A stretch of 64,000 bases of DNA from Eutreptiella sp. 'Long Island Sound 2002' (GCA_964036045.1 OZ038378.1:32674001-32738000), one strand, 5' to 3'; numbered from the stretch's first letter, positions 49,967 through 62,622 are shown. Program-made: numbers and translations. The notes: generated by a model from the letters alone, not told the origin.

Positions 49967-50384
49967 GGGGCGGTTGTGGGATCCTAGTTGTGCAAGCCTC
50001 AGAAGAATTCCGAGAAAGCACGTGGCCATGCTCGTGCCGTGAGTGACAAGGTATTGCACTGGGAATGGATCATGGCAGACAGTGGGTCCAAGAGGTTGTA
50101 AATGCTCATGACAGATCTTAGGAGCCAACCTTTTGGCCCCTGAGCACTTGGGGGTTACCTTGTAAGATTTCACACAATGGGCATTGCCCTATGTGATCTT
50201 GGAGGATCATAGAAATGACATGAATCTTGGGAACTAGGGTGGGTCGGTTAGCGTGGGCCACAAAAGTGACGTTCCTCATTTGCAAAGCACACTCCTGAAC
50301 CACCTTGTGCACTAAAGAAGAAGGAGTATATGCATCAAGGCATGTGCAGAACCATGGATCTCACTCTTTGGAGGGAGGCATACA

Positions 50385-51375
50385 CGCGATGATATGTACC
50401 ATGTTGTACGCGGTGTTGGACATCATCACCTTCCCTTATAACCTTACGTACATGGCTAGTGGTGATTTGTAACATGGTGTGAGAGGTATGGGGTATCATG
50501 GCAACCTCTTAAATGAAGTAGACATGGGCAACAATCATATATAACATTGTGTAGGAAGTGTGGAATATCTCCGCGGCCGGTCAAATCAAGTGCACATGAC
50601 CAACGGTGATGTTTAACATGGCGCAAGAGATGCGGAATGTAATCGCAGCCGATGAAACGAACTCTACATGACCACTGGTGATTTGTGACATGGTGTAAGA
50701 AGTGTGTGATATGACCAGAGCCCTTGAAATCAACTCTACGTGAGCGGCGGTGGCATTGAAAATGGTGTAGGAGGTGTCGAATATCACCGCAGCTCCTCAA
50801 ACCATTGTGTATATGGCGAGCACTGATGTGCAACATGCTGCGAGGTGTGGCATATCAATTGGCATATCAACCCTGACCATATCATTTTGAGGCCCTGAAA
50901 TCAATTCTACAAATGCGATGATGATATGTAACATGTTGTACAAAGTGTGGGATACCACCGCTGCCCCGGAAGTCTAATCTACATGCGCAATGGTGATATA
51001 TTACATGGTGTAAGAGGTATGGGAGATCACCGTAGTTCCTCAAATCCACTCTCCACGGACAGCGATGATATGTAACATGGCTTACGACGTGTATTATCAC
51101 TGACCCATCTAAAACCATGTCTCCGGGACCAGCAGTAATATGTAATATGGCGAAGGACGTGTGGGATACCACCCCAGCTCCTAATACCATGTGCACATGG
51201 CTAGTGGTGATATTTCACATGGTTTACAAGGTATGGGATATCACTGCTACCAATGAATTCAAAACTATATTACCAAGGCCGATATGTAACATGGTGTAGG
51301 ACATGTGCAGCATCAACGCATCCCCTAAACCCATGTCCAGATGGCCAACGGTAATAAGTAGCATTGTGTAGGAGG
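50385..51375 (-). repeat. 72-bp satellite, right array in inverted orientation (~13-14 units)
   Basis: Reverse-complement units, e.g. ggtgatatgtaacatggtgtaggag...gggatatcaccgcagc. Confidence 0.9.
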
Positions 51376-51399
51376 CAGGAACAGGGTTCACAATCACAA

Positions 51400-52020
51400 C
51401 TTGGGCCTCCTAGTGTCTTGCCCACATTGACAGTGCGAACATTCACAAGAAACGGGTACTAGGGGGGCATGTAGCCTTGTTGCCACAACACACCTTTGAT
51501 ACATGCCACCAATGTCTCTCAATTCCCTGTCCTAGCACCTCCCGTAAGCGGTGTGATACACGATTCGTCCAGCACTTCGGACATCCAAAAGCTTGAAAGG
51601 TTTTAGGCTGCAGCGTTGTACTAGCTGCTGAAGGAACTCCTGGTCGCAATTTGACAATGAAGGCTGGTCAATAGGTGGCGGCCGAATGTTTGCCAGCAAT
51701 GTGGACCATGCTTTGCCTTTTTGGATTTGGTTCCGCAAATTGCGATAAGGATGGCACTCAAGGACAACCATGTACTAGTACATGCCCTCCACAGGGCCTG
51801 TGGTATTGCATGCAGCAAAGATCGAAACATGGGCATCAGAGATGCCACCACCATGCGAGTTTGCGTTGAAGTCTAGTTTCCCCCACTCTGGTAAAATGTC
51901 GTGCAATCCATGAACCTTGTTACCATCACCCCCCTCATAGTTACCACACACTCCCAATTGTGAGGCCCGCTGCCGGAGGTGCCTCACGGCTGCTATCAAG
52001 CTTGTCAACTTCCTTCTACC
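51400..52020 (-). pseudogene. Tyrosine-recombinase-like remnant (DIRS/Crypton-type catalytic domain)
   Basis: KLTSLIAAVRHLRQRASQL (box I R-x-S-x-L), ECHPYRNLRNQI (CPV-like), FLQQLVQRCSLKPFKLLDVRSAG (HxxR-like, His replaced), ELRDIGG (GxW-like). Two in-frame stops; catalytic Lys and Tyr not evident. Confidence 0.5.
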
Positions 52021-52379
52021 ATTCTTGGACTCGCAAGTGTGCGGAGGAAAAGGTTTGCGGGGAGCGGGGGGCGTTCGAGCCCCTTTTCTAGACTCCGCCG
52101 CCCGGGTTGGCTCCCGTGACAAGCCGCTAACAACAAACCATGCCCCCCCGCCCCACCCCCAGTAAGAGGGGTTCCATGATGGGGACCTCCAAATAACCCC
52201 CCCCCCCCCCCGGAGGGGGGGCTCACGTGACAAAATGCTGAAAATCACCCCCTTATCCCTCCCCCCTTACTGGCAACATTGGTGGTATTGTTCATTTTAT
52301 GTCCTGACAATTCCGGCTGCATCTCATCCCACAAAATTTTTATCGGGCGGCTCACCACCTTGGCCTCTTGTTGGCGCTT

Positions 52380-54578
52380 CCCTACGTACACGCCAGAAAA
52401 CGCATTTTCGTTCTATGCTAGAACGCTAGACTAGAGCGTTTTAGCCTAGAAGATCTAAGCTAGAACACAAATCGATCTAGCTTCGTCAGCTAGAATAGCT
52501 AGATCACGAAAAAAAAAGTATCACAATGGGTTGGGAGGTGCATGCCCTCTTACCTCCCTCCCCAGCCTCAACATCGTATGTCGTGTGTTTTGGTGTGCAT
52601 ATGCGCATGCAAAACTGTGTGTTGGGGGGGGGGGGGGGGCACATATGCGTGTGCATGCATCAAGGCTGTTGGTTCCTATGAGTGTCGGGCTATCACCCCC
52701 CCCCTTCACATTATGCGGTGTGGGTGCTAGGGCTATCATACTAGTTGGGCCTAAGGTGAGGGAGGTTATCTGTTTCCTTTTTGCAGCCGTGGCGTTTTTT
52801 TGACAGTACATTTTGAAAGTGGCTGCGCCGTGGACACGCAATGATAGGTAGGTGTGTCACTCCCTGCCCCCTCCCTACGATGTGTGCGTGTGGTGTTCTA
52901 CACGTGAGCCGTCTCCCACCATCCCTCCTCCCTTGCTCTCCGCCCCCCCCCCCCCCCGGGCTGTGTGTGCGTTGCAACTTGGCTTGTTGGCTTTTTGCCG
53001 GTTCATTCTTGGGTTGGTGCGTTGGTTGTTGGTAGGCTTGTTCGTGGGCTACTAAATTTGGCTAGCAGCTGGTTGGTTGTCTAATTGATGTGTGGGTAGG
53101 GCTTGTTGGGTAGTTGGGTGTGTGCACATGTCATATAGCATCCTATGCGTGGCCGGGCACTGCGCCGCATGCTGTATGGTATTGCAGCAACGTGTGTGTG
53201 TGTGTCTTTGAGCATGTATGTGCAGCCACTGCCAAGGTCCTTGGGGGTGCTGCAAACATTTCATTTTGCCGTTCTAGCGGCGGTCCATTGAGGCGTTCGA
53301 GCAGCGTTCTAGCGAGCGAATGGGCGCCGCTAGAATGCCTCTAGAACTCCTCAATAGAACGGCGCTACAACCGCAAAATGAAATGTTTGAAGCACCTCCT
53401 AGGACCCTTGCAATGGCTGCGCATACATACTGCCGTACCCACACACGATGCAGCAACACCACACACCATTTCGCACAATGCCCATCCGACACAGAGCATG
53501 CTACAACACATGTGCACACACCCAACTATCAAGAAAATGCTACCCGAACGTCAACGAGCCAACAAACCAACAACCCAACAAACCACCCAATCATCCAGCC
53601 AGCCAGCCGAACTCAGCAGCCCAAGAACCAAAACAACCCACAAAACAACCAAGCAACCTAACAAACCAGCAGTCAACCAACCAGCAGGCCAAGTCCCGTT
53701 GCACACTGCGTTGCGGACACACATCGAAAGGTAGGTGTGTTACTCCTTCCCTCCTTCCTCGTCTGTGTGCCTGTGGTGTTTGTTCTACAACAGCCCGGTC
53801 CGGAGTTGTGCTGCATGGAGTTGTGGGGTGTTAGGCTGTGGTGTGCTTTGTCCCCCCCTCCTTCCAGGTTATGGAAGCACCCTTTTCAAAATGCACAGTA
53901 AAAAAAGAAGCCAAAATGAGAAAAGAAAAGAAAAAGAATAGCAAACAAATACCCTCCCGCACCTCAGACCCAACAAGCAAGTTAGCCCGAGCAGCCACAC
54001 CCCAAAATGCAAGGGGGGGGGGGGGATAGCCCGACACTATTGGGGTGTTTGTGCGGTGTTTGTGTTCCGCCTCCGACCCCCCTTGCCCCCCTTGACATAT
54101 TATGTTACGTTTTGTGTTCTGCATGCGTCTATGCCAAACTGTGTGTCTGTGTGTGTGTGTGCTTGGGACCACATATGCTTATGCATGCATCAAATGTGTT
54201 GATTTTCATGCGTGTATATGTATCACCCCCCCCCCCGGCCCCACTTTGGTGTCCCTTAGATGTGAAACCTGTATCAAGGTTTTTGTTCCAGTTTTGTTCT
54301 AGGCTAGACCGTTCGGGCGACGTTCTAGCGAACACGCTAGATTGCCGCTAGGACGTCGCTAGAACCCAGTTTTTTTGTCTTCCGGTCGGGGTCAGAAATG
54401 TGTTTTTCTGAAACATAAGATTTGGACCCCCTAGAATGGTCCCGGGGGACCAAAGTCCATCATTCATATCACCAAACACCCACACCCACAGGTTGGGGTA
54501 ATCCGCGCTTTTTTCGCCCTAGCTTTCGAGCGCCATGTTGGCTAGAACGAAATTGGGTCTTCTAGCATGTACCTAGGG
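52380..54578. mobile_element. 2.2-kb non-autonomous CMC/EnSpm-like element (element B), same family as element A
   Basis: TIRs CCCTACGTACACGCCAGAAAACGCATTTTCGTTCTA and TAGAACGAAATTGGGTCTTCTAGCATGTACCTAGGG; TSD TT at 52378-79 and 54579-80; CTAG-rich subterminal repeats; internal palindrome centred ~53310. Confidence 0.88.
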
Positions 54579-54656
54579 TTACAATTTATCGTCTAAGGAA
54601 TCAGACGCGTCACAGCTAGCAGTAAAATGACAAGTACAGTTATTATCAGACTCTGT

Positions 54657-57600
54657 CCTATGGGGCCACTGGAGACCTATGGGGGCCAACGGGAACCTGT
54701 GCGGGTCTATGGGCACCCATGGGAGCCTATCAGGGGGGACGGAGACGTATATCAACCTATGGGGACCTATGTGACCCTATGAAAACCTATGGGGACCTGT
54801 TGGCACGCACCGGGACCTTTGGGTACCGGTTGGAACCTACGGGGACCTATGGGACCTATGGGGGCCTTTGGGGACCTTTGGAGACCTATTGGGGACTATG
54901 GAGACCTATGGGCACCTATGGGGACCCATGGGGGCCCGTGGGGAGCTTTGGGGACCTATGAGGGCCTTTGGGGACCTATGGGGACCTATGAGGTCCTTTG
55001 GGGACCTATGAGGACCTAAAGGGACGTATGGGGGCCTATGGAATACTTTGGTGACCTATAACGTCTATGGAGACGTATGTGGACTTATGGGGGACTATGG
55101 TGACCTATGGGAGCTATAGGGACCTACGGGGACGCATTGGCACCTATGAGGACCTAAAGGGACGTATGGGGGCCTATGGGATACTTTGGTGACCTATAAC
55201 GTCTATGGGGACCTATAGGGACCTATGAGGGCCTATGGGGACCTATGGGGACATATGGAAACCTATCCGGAGCTTTGGGGACCTATAGGGTCCTATGGGG
55301 ACCTATTGGCACCTTTGGTGGCCTATGAGGATTTATGGAGCCCTATGGGAACCAATGGGGAACCTTGGGCGCCTATGAAGACCTATAGGGACCTGTGGCG
55401 ACCTATGGGGACCTACGGGGACCTATGGCAGCCTATGGGGTCCTTTGGGGGCCTTTGTGGACCTCTGGGGACCTATGGGGACCTACGGGGAACTTTGGGG
55501 ACCTATGGGGACCATTGGAGACATATGGAGGCCTACAGGGACCTTTGGAGGCCTATGGGGACCTATGGGGGCCTATCGGGGCCTATGGGGTCCTATGGGA
55601 TCCTATGGGGACCCCTTGGCACCTATGGGGACCTTTGGAAACCCATTGCCACTTATGGGGAGCTATGGGTACCTGTGGGGGTCTATGGGGACCTTTGGAG
55701 ACCTATGGGGGCCTATGGGGACCCATGGGGATCTATGGGGATCTAGTGGCATCTGTGGGGACTTTTGGACACCTATGGGGATTTATGGGGGCCTATGAGG
55801 GCCTATGGGGACCTATGGAGACCTATGGGGACCTTTGCAGATATTTTGGTACCAATGGGGGCCTATCAGGACCAAAGGAGACCTATGGGGACCGATGGGG
55901 AGATTGGAGTGGCCGGGTTTTCGTTTCCGTGGGGGGGGGGGGGTCGATAGAGCCCTCCGGCCAGACCCCCCCCTCCCCCCAAAAGGGCTCAATTGAAAGG
56001 ACCCCCGAAATCCTACTGATACTAAGCCCTGGGCGACGGAGGTAACCCAAACCAAAAAGCGAGAAGAAAAAAAAGAAAGTGGCATTCTTGGAATCATCGC
56101 GTCCAGGGGGGAGAGAAAACTCATCATTTAGCATATATTTGGTGAAAAAAAATCGAGCAATTTCAAAGCTCCAAAAAATTTGCAGCGCCTTGGGGGCCAG
56201 ACATCATAATGATGGATTAATGGTCCGTGTCAATGGAGGCCTTTTCCCAACCCGCCCCCCCCCCGGTTTTGGGGGGTCTATTGACCTCCCCCCCCCGGAA
56301 GTGAAAACCCGACATGCCCTGGAGACCTATGGGGGCCTATGGGGACTTCTGGGGGTCCGTGGGGACCTCTGGAGGGCCTATGAGGGCCTATGGGGACCTA
56401 TGGGAACCTATGGGGACCTATGGGAACCCATTGGCACATACCGGGACCTATTGGCATATATGGGCACCTATGGGGACCTATGGGGGCCCATGGGCAGCTT
56501 TGGGGACCTATGGGGGCCTTTAGGGCCCTATGGGGACCTAGGGAGGCCTATGGGATACGTTGGTAACCTATCAAGTCCATGGGGACCAATGGCAACTGAT
56601 TGGGGCCTATGTGGACCTATGGCAACCTATGGGGACCTACGGAAACCTATTGGCACCTATGGAGAGCTACGAGGGCCTAACGGGACCTATTGGAAACTAG
56701 GGAAACCTATGGGGAGCCTTTGGCACCTACGGGGACCTGCGGGGACCTATGGGGACCTATGGGAAGTTCTGAGGACCTATGGAAACCTATGCGCACCTTT
56801 GGTGGCCTATGCACACCTAGGGGGACATGTGGGGTCCTTTGGCGGCATGTGGGGACCTTAAGGGAAATTTGGGACCTATGGAGGCCTATGGGTACCTTTG
56901 GGAGCCTCTGGGGACCTATGGGGGCCTCTCGGGGCCTATGGTGACCTATGGGAACCTATGGGGACCCAGTGGCACCTATGGAGACCTTTAGAAACCCGTT
57001 GGCACGTACGGGGACCAATGGGGACCTATGGGGGCCTATGGGGACCAATGGGGTATGTGGGACGCCATTGGGGACCAATGGGGACCTATGGGGGGCTATG
57101 GGGCCACTACAGACCTATGGGGGCCTGTGGGGACCTATGGGGGCCGACGGGAACCTATGGGGACCCATTGGCACCTATGGGGACATTTGGGCATCGCTTG
57201 GCACCTACATGGACATGTGCGGACCTATGGGTGGCCTATTGAGACCTTTGGAGACATATGGGGGCCTATGGGGACCTATGGGGAGCTACCTGGGGAAATG
57301 GTGGCCCATATGGGGACTTTTGGGCACCTTTAGCCACCTACGGGGGGCTATGAAGGCCTATGGGGAGCTATGGGGGCCTATGGGGACCTATGGGGACCTA
57401 TGGGGTCACTGGAGACCTATTGGGGCCTATTGGAACCTATGAGGGCCTTTGGGGACCTATGTGAGCCTACCAGGGCCTATGGGGTTCTATGGGAACCTAT
57501 GGGAACGTATCGGGACCTATGGGAACCTATGGGGACCCATTGGCACCTATGGGGACCTTTGGGGATCTGTTGGCACCTACAGGGATCTACGGGGACCTAT

Positions 57601-60110
57601 GGGGACCTATGAGCGCAAATGGGGAGCTTTGGGGACCTATGGGGGCCTCTGGGGACCCATGGGGACCTATGGGGGTCGTTCGGGACCTATGGGGACCTAA
57701 AAAAACCTATGGGGGCCTATGAGATACTTTGGTGACCTAAAAGGTCTATGGGACCTATGGGGACTTATGCAGGCCTATGGGGACCTATGGGGATCTATGG
57801 GGACCTATAGGGACCTATTGGCACCTGTAGACACATGTGGGGATGTATGAGGGCCTACGGGACCTATGGGGATCTATCAAACCTATGGGCAGCCCCTAGC
57901 ACCTATGGGGACCTTTGGGGACCTATCGGGACCAATGGGGACCTATTGGCACCTGTGGTAGCCTATGGGGACCTCTTGGGCCCTATGGGAACCTATGGGG
58001 ACCTTTGGGCACCTATGGAGGCCTATGGGGACTTGTGGCGACGTATGGGGTCCATTGGGGGCTTGTAGGCACCTTTGGGGACCCATGTAGACCTATGGCA
58101 AACTTTGGGGACCTATGGAGGCCACTGGAAGCTTGTGGGGGCCTATGGGGACCTATGAGGGCCTATTAGGGCCCAAGGGGACCAATGGGAACCCATGGGT
58201 GGCTATGGGGTCCTATGGGAACCTATGGGGACCCATTGGCACATATGGGGACCTTGGGAAACCCATTGGCACCTATGGAAACCTATGGGGGCATGTGGGG
58301 GGCCAATGGGGACCTTTGGAGACCTATGGCGCCCTACGGGGACCTATGGGGATCTATGGGGAATTAGTGGCACCTATGGGGACCTATGAGAGTCTATGAG
58401 CGCCTATGGGGGCCTATGGGGCCCTATGGAGACTCTTGCAGACCTTTTGACACCAATGGGCGCCCATGGGGGCCTACGGGGTCCTATGGGGACCTATGGG
58501 GCCACTAGAGACCTTTGGGTGCCTACGGGGACCAATGGGGGATTGTGGCCAACCTATGAGGGCCTATCAGGGCCCATGGGGACCTATGGGAATCTATGGG
58601 GACCTATGGGAACCTATGGGGACGCATTGGCAACTATGGGGACTGATAGGGACCTATGGCGGCCTATGGGGACCTTTGGAGACCTAATGGGGCCTATGGG
58701 GACCTATGGGGACCTATGGGGGCCTATGGGGAGCTTTTGGGACCTACGGGTGCCATTGAAGACCTATGGGGACCTAAAGTGACCTATGGGGGCCTATGAG
58801 GGCCCATGGGGACCTATGGGAATCTATGGGGACCTATGGGGACGCATTGGCAACTATGGGGACCGATAGGGACCTATGGGGGCCTATGGGGACCTTTGGA
58901 GACCTATTGGGGCCTATGGGGACCTATGGGGGCCTATGGGGAGCTTTTGGGACCTATGGGGGCCTTTGAAGACCTATGGGAACCTAAAGTGACCTATGGG
59001 GGCCGATGGGGGCCGTTGGGGACCTATGGGGACCTACGGGGGCCTTTGGGGAACCGAGGACCTAAATTGCCCTATGAGGGCCTATGGGATACTTCGGTGA
59101 CCTATACGTCTACAGGGACCAATGGGTACGTATGGGGGCCCATAGGGAGCTAAGGGGACCTATGGGGACCTATGAAGACCTAGGGGAGCCTATTGTTACC
59201 AATGGGGACCTATAAAAACCGGGGGCTATGGGGAGCTATCGGACCCTATGGTGACCTATGGGGACCTATGGGTGCCTATGGTGACCTATGGGGCCCTAAA
59301 GGGACCTAGGGGGGCTGTGGGATCCTTTGGTGAGCTATAACGTCTATGGGGACCTATGGGGGCCTATGGGGACCTATGGGGGCGTATGGGGGCCTATAGG
59401 GGCCTGTGGGGAGCTATGGGGACCTTTCATGACCTCCTTTGGTGACCTATGAAGTCTATGGGGACCTATGGGAACGTATGGGGACCTATGGGGGCCACTA
59501 GAGACCTATGGGGGACTATGGGTAACTATGGGGGCATGTGGGGACCTATGGGAACCTATGCAAGCCTACGGGGACCTATGGGGACCCGTTGCCACCTGCG
59601 GAAACCTTTGGTAACCCGTTGGCACCTATGGGCACCTATGGGGACTGATGGGCGCCTATGGGGCCCTATGGGGGTCTATGAAGGCCTATGGGGACCTTTG
59701 GGGGCCCGTGGGGACCTTTAGGCACCTATGGGGACCTATAGCGGCCTATGAGGACCCAAAGGCACCTATGGGGGCATGTGCTACAGTCTGGTGACATATC
59801 AAGTCTACGGGGATCTATGGGTCACCAGTGGCCCCCAAAGGTTCCCACGGAGCCCCATAGGTCCCATAGGGCCCTAGAGGGCTCCATTGGTGCCAGTAGG
59901 GCCCCAAAAGTCCCCCAAGGTCCCCACAAGCCCCCATAGGTGTTCATAGGCGCCCATAGGTCCCCACGGGCCCCCATAGGTCTTCATAGGCCCCCATAGG
60001 TCTCCTCAGTTCCCCATACGTCCCCGCAGGTCCCCATAGGTCTTCATAGGCCCCAACAGGTCCCCGCAGGTCCCCATAGGTCCCCAAAGGTCCCCATAGG
60101 TACCCATAGG
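54657..60110. repeat. 10-bp G-rich satellite (GGGGACCTAT)n; + orientation to ~59821, inverted ~59823-60110
   Basis: Hundreds of diverged copies; strand switch at ...ggatctatgggtca|ccagtggcccccaaagg. Confidence 0.97.
55914..56311. mobile_element. ~400-bp MITE inserted in the 10-bp satellite
   Basis: Inverted ends CGGGTTTTCGTTTCCGTG..GGTCGATAGA and TCTATTGACC..CCGGAAGTGAAAACCCG. TSD not resolved. Left-internal segment resembles ~20035-20105. Confidence 0.7.
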
Positions 60111-60714
60111 CTGGGTTTGACTTCTTGTCGGGCATGGGGATGTAGCCTCCTGTTGTCACCCGGTTTGGCGGCCACTCGTCGGTGGGGTGTTCCTTGTCCG
60201 CCATAGGCTGCTCCGGGTGTAAGGCCCCCCTCACGGGTGACCATCGCCTTCACAGGCGACCACCTGGGTGGCGCCAGCCCAATCGATGAGAAAGTTTGAA
60301 CAAGCTTTCACTGTTGATGCTCTTGATGATATTGTTTTGTTTTGTGCTCCTGCTTGCTCCTGTTGCTTCTTGATGTAGCTCAAGTTTTCCAAATGTCAAT
60401 GTTTTGGTAAAATGAAATGATGGACCACAGCTCCCAAGTACTCACAGTGCAATAAGAGGAAATTCAGGATCAAATCCACAACATGAAGGGCTGCAGTCAA
60501 TGGGGAAAAGCTAGACAATGTATCTACACAAAGGAACTCACAATAACTACAGATTTAGAAAAGATAGTTAGAAAACTGCCCACATGGGCACTCTCTCTTT
60601 TATAGTGTCATCTTGAGATGTGCACTCTTTGTTTTGGGTCCCATAGGTGCTGAGGTGGCATGGCTTGTGGCGCTGAAGTCACTGCCATGTCACATGGGAA
60701 CTTCCTATTTAGCT

Positions 60715-60775
60715 AGGCTGACTGGGTATTGAACCCATGACCTCTCAAAAAGAGGTGCCCCGGCCCCCTAGGGTG
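60715..60775 (-). other. tRNA-like fragment (anticodon arm + T arm), possible SINE head
   Basis: ACCTC-TTTTTGA-GAGGT stem-loop (TTT at the anticodon position), then TGGG-TTCAATA-CCCA (B-box-like). No acceptor stem or D arm found. Confidence 0.3.
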
Positions 60776-61968
60776 CAAACAACTAGGATAGCTAAGGGTT
60801 CATGAGAAAATATAGAAAAATGTATAGGCTCTGAACCAATGTCAGCGCCTCAGTCACTCCAGGAAATGGTGTTTATGTCCAAACAGTTGGGGGTCACAGG
60901 TCCACACAACATCCTAAGTTTCGTCCTTGGTTTTATAGGTCAAAATGCTTTATCACCCCTCTTTGGTTAAGCCAATACTAAGATAAAAATGTTGTATGCC
61001 TCTAGGCATCTCTAAAACAACTAAAGCTTACCCGTAGGCATGGAAAGACACTTTTTCTTACTCCCCCCTTGTGCTGTGGTGGCCACCACTGTCGCATTTT
61101 AAGGAAAAGGAGTATTTTTCTTGGCCTCCCCATGGTTTCAGCATTCTTTGAAAATTACCTATAACCTCCCTCACACTGTAATTGGGCGCTGCATCGGGGC
61201 AATCGCCAGTTGTTGCCTGATCAAAACAATCTCCTACAGTCCCCACTACGCTTAGTAGCCTGACTGGGGCGACTGTGGCTTGGTACGGAGTTAGAATGGG
61301 CATGCAAATTCATGTGCTCATGCATCCCTCCCTCCAAGTGGCAAAACGCGAAACCCAACGCAGGATACAATCAGGGCTCGTGTTGTGGGTTGGTCTCGTA
61401 CCTGCAGGCTGCACCTGAGGTGTCCATAAAGCGAGGGGGCGGTGTAAAAAATCCATTGCCTCTTATTGGGGCGTTTGGATTCTGGGCAGTCTTCCTTGGT
61501 GATGCGGTTCGGCCAGAACGGGGCTTACTTCGCTTCGCCTCTCAGGGACATCTGAACAGAAGACATGCAAAGGATGAGGGCCTGATTGCTGATCAACGAT
61601 GGAAGGTACACCAAAATCCGTCAAATAACGGCCTAGAATTTTTCGGAGGGTACACACCTGTCCAAAATCCTCCTGTGCATTAAATGCACCTTTTTGCGTT
61701 TTTTTTGTTCATCTCAGGAATCTTTAAATTCCTGGATTCATACGCAGAGAAAAGCGGCGCGCAATGGCGCGTCTTAATTCACGGCCGGAAAAGCCAGAAA
61801 AAATAAGATTATAACAGTATGTCACGTACTTATCAAGAAATGACGAAACACACACAAAATAATAAAGGTAGAAATTCCACCTATGCTTATAGCAATATTC
61901 AAGACGCAAAAAATCAAGAATTCAAAAAGTCAATAAGAGTTCAAAGAGAAAGGTATAAACATACAGGT

Positions 61969-62200
61969 TGTTATTGCTTCGCATGCTGCATACACATTGT
62001 TTGCCTCGTGCTTCCGTCGTCAAGCCGTGTAGCAGCGTAAACATAGTGTAGAGTGATTGATTAGAAGATTGCAAAGTGATTAGAGGTGAGATTAGGGCAA
62101 AACAGATGGCCTTTGGCCAGGGAGTGGTTGGCACAGGGGGCTACCGGTCCTGCCCTGCGGTGCAATGCGGGGCAACTGTGACCACTGCTCTTTCAACACA
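61969..62200 (-). repeat. Putative 3' LTR (232 bp) of the chromovirus
   Basis: Minus strand starts TGTGTTG and ends CAATAACA (TG...CA, imperfect inverted ends), preceded by purine tract GAAAAAGGCAGG at ~62202-62213 (PPT-like). Partner LTR lies outside the window. Confidence 0.5.
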
Positions 62201-62622
62201 ACCTGCCTTTTTCAGTTGCTATGATTAGAACATACACACAAGTGCATACTTGCTTCGTTTCGCTTGTGTTTCGTTTTCTTCTCTCACCTACTCTCGCTCT
62301 CCAGCGGTAGGTAAGGTGAGTAAGCCCAAGAGGGGCCACCCCCTGGTTGAGTCAGTGATTGTGAACACAGATTGGTATGGATTGATTGTGAGAAGATTGA
62401 TAAAAAATAGGCTAGTTACGAACTCGTGCATACTCGTGCATGCATATGACGCATTAAAGGGTAGGCCACACGAAGTGCTCTCGATATGACCCTTGTTTAG
62501 GTTACCCTGGGGCTCCGGCCTACGTTCTATAAGTGAACGGGCGGAGTTCCTTAAGCTTGCTTGCTTGATAGGGCTGCTTTTAGACAGTGTATGATTTTCT
62601 TGTCGGAGACCTGTATAATACG

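Noticed and set aside
37384-54578. Helitron or piggyBac assignment for the CTAG-rich CCC-ended elements
   Set aside because: Clear TIRs with 2-bp TSDs; no TTAA target site, and CTAG motifs are subterminal repeats rather than a single 3' end.
54719-59939. Dozens of ORFs reading MGTYGDLWGP...
   Set aside because: Translation artefact of the 10-bp satellite; near-identical peptides appear in all three frames.
17795-60110. CRISPR array interpretation of the hairpin repeats
   Set aside because: Units are contiguous and diverged with no unique spacers; no cas genes; eukaryotic intron context.
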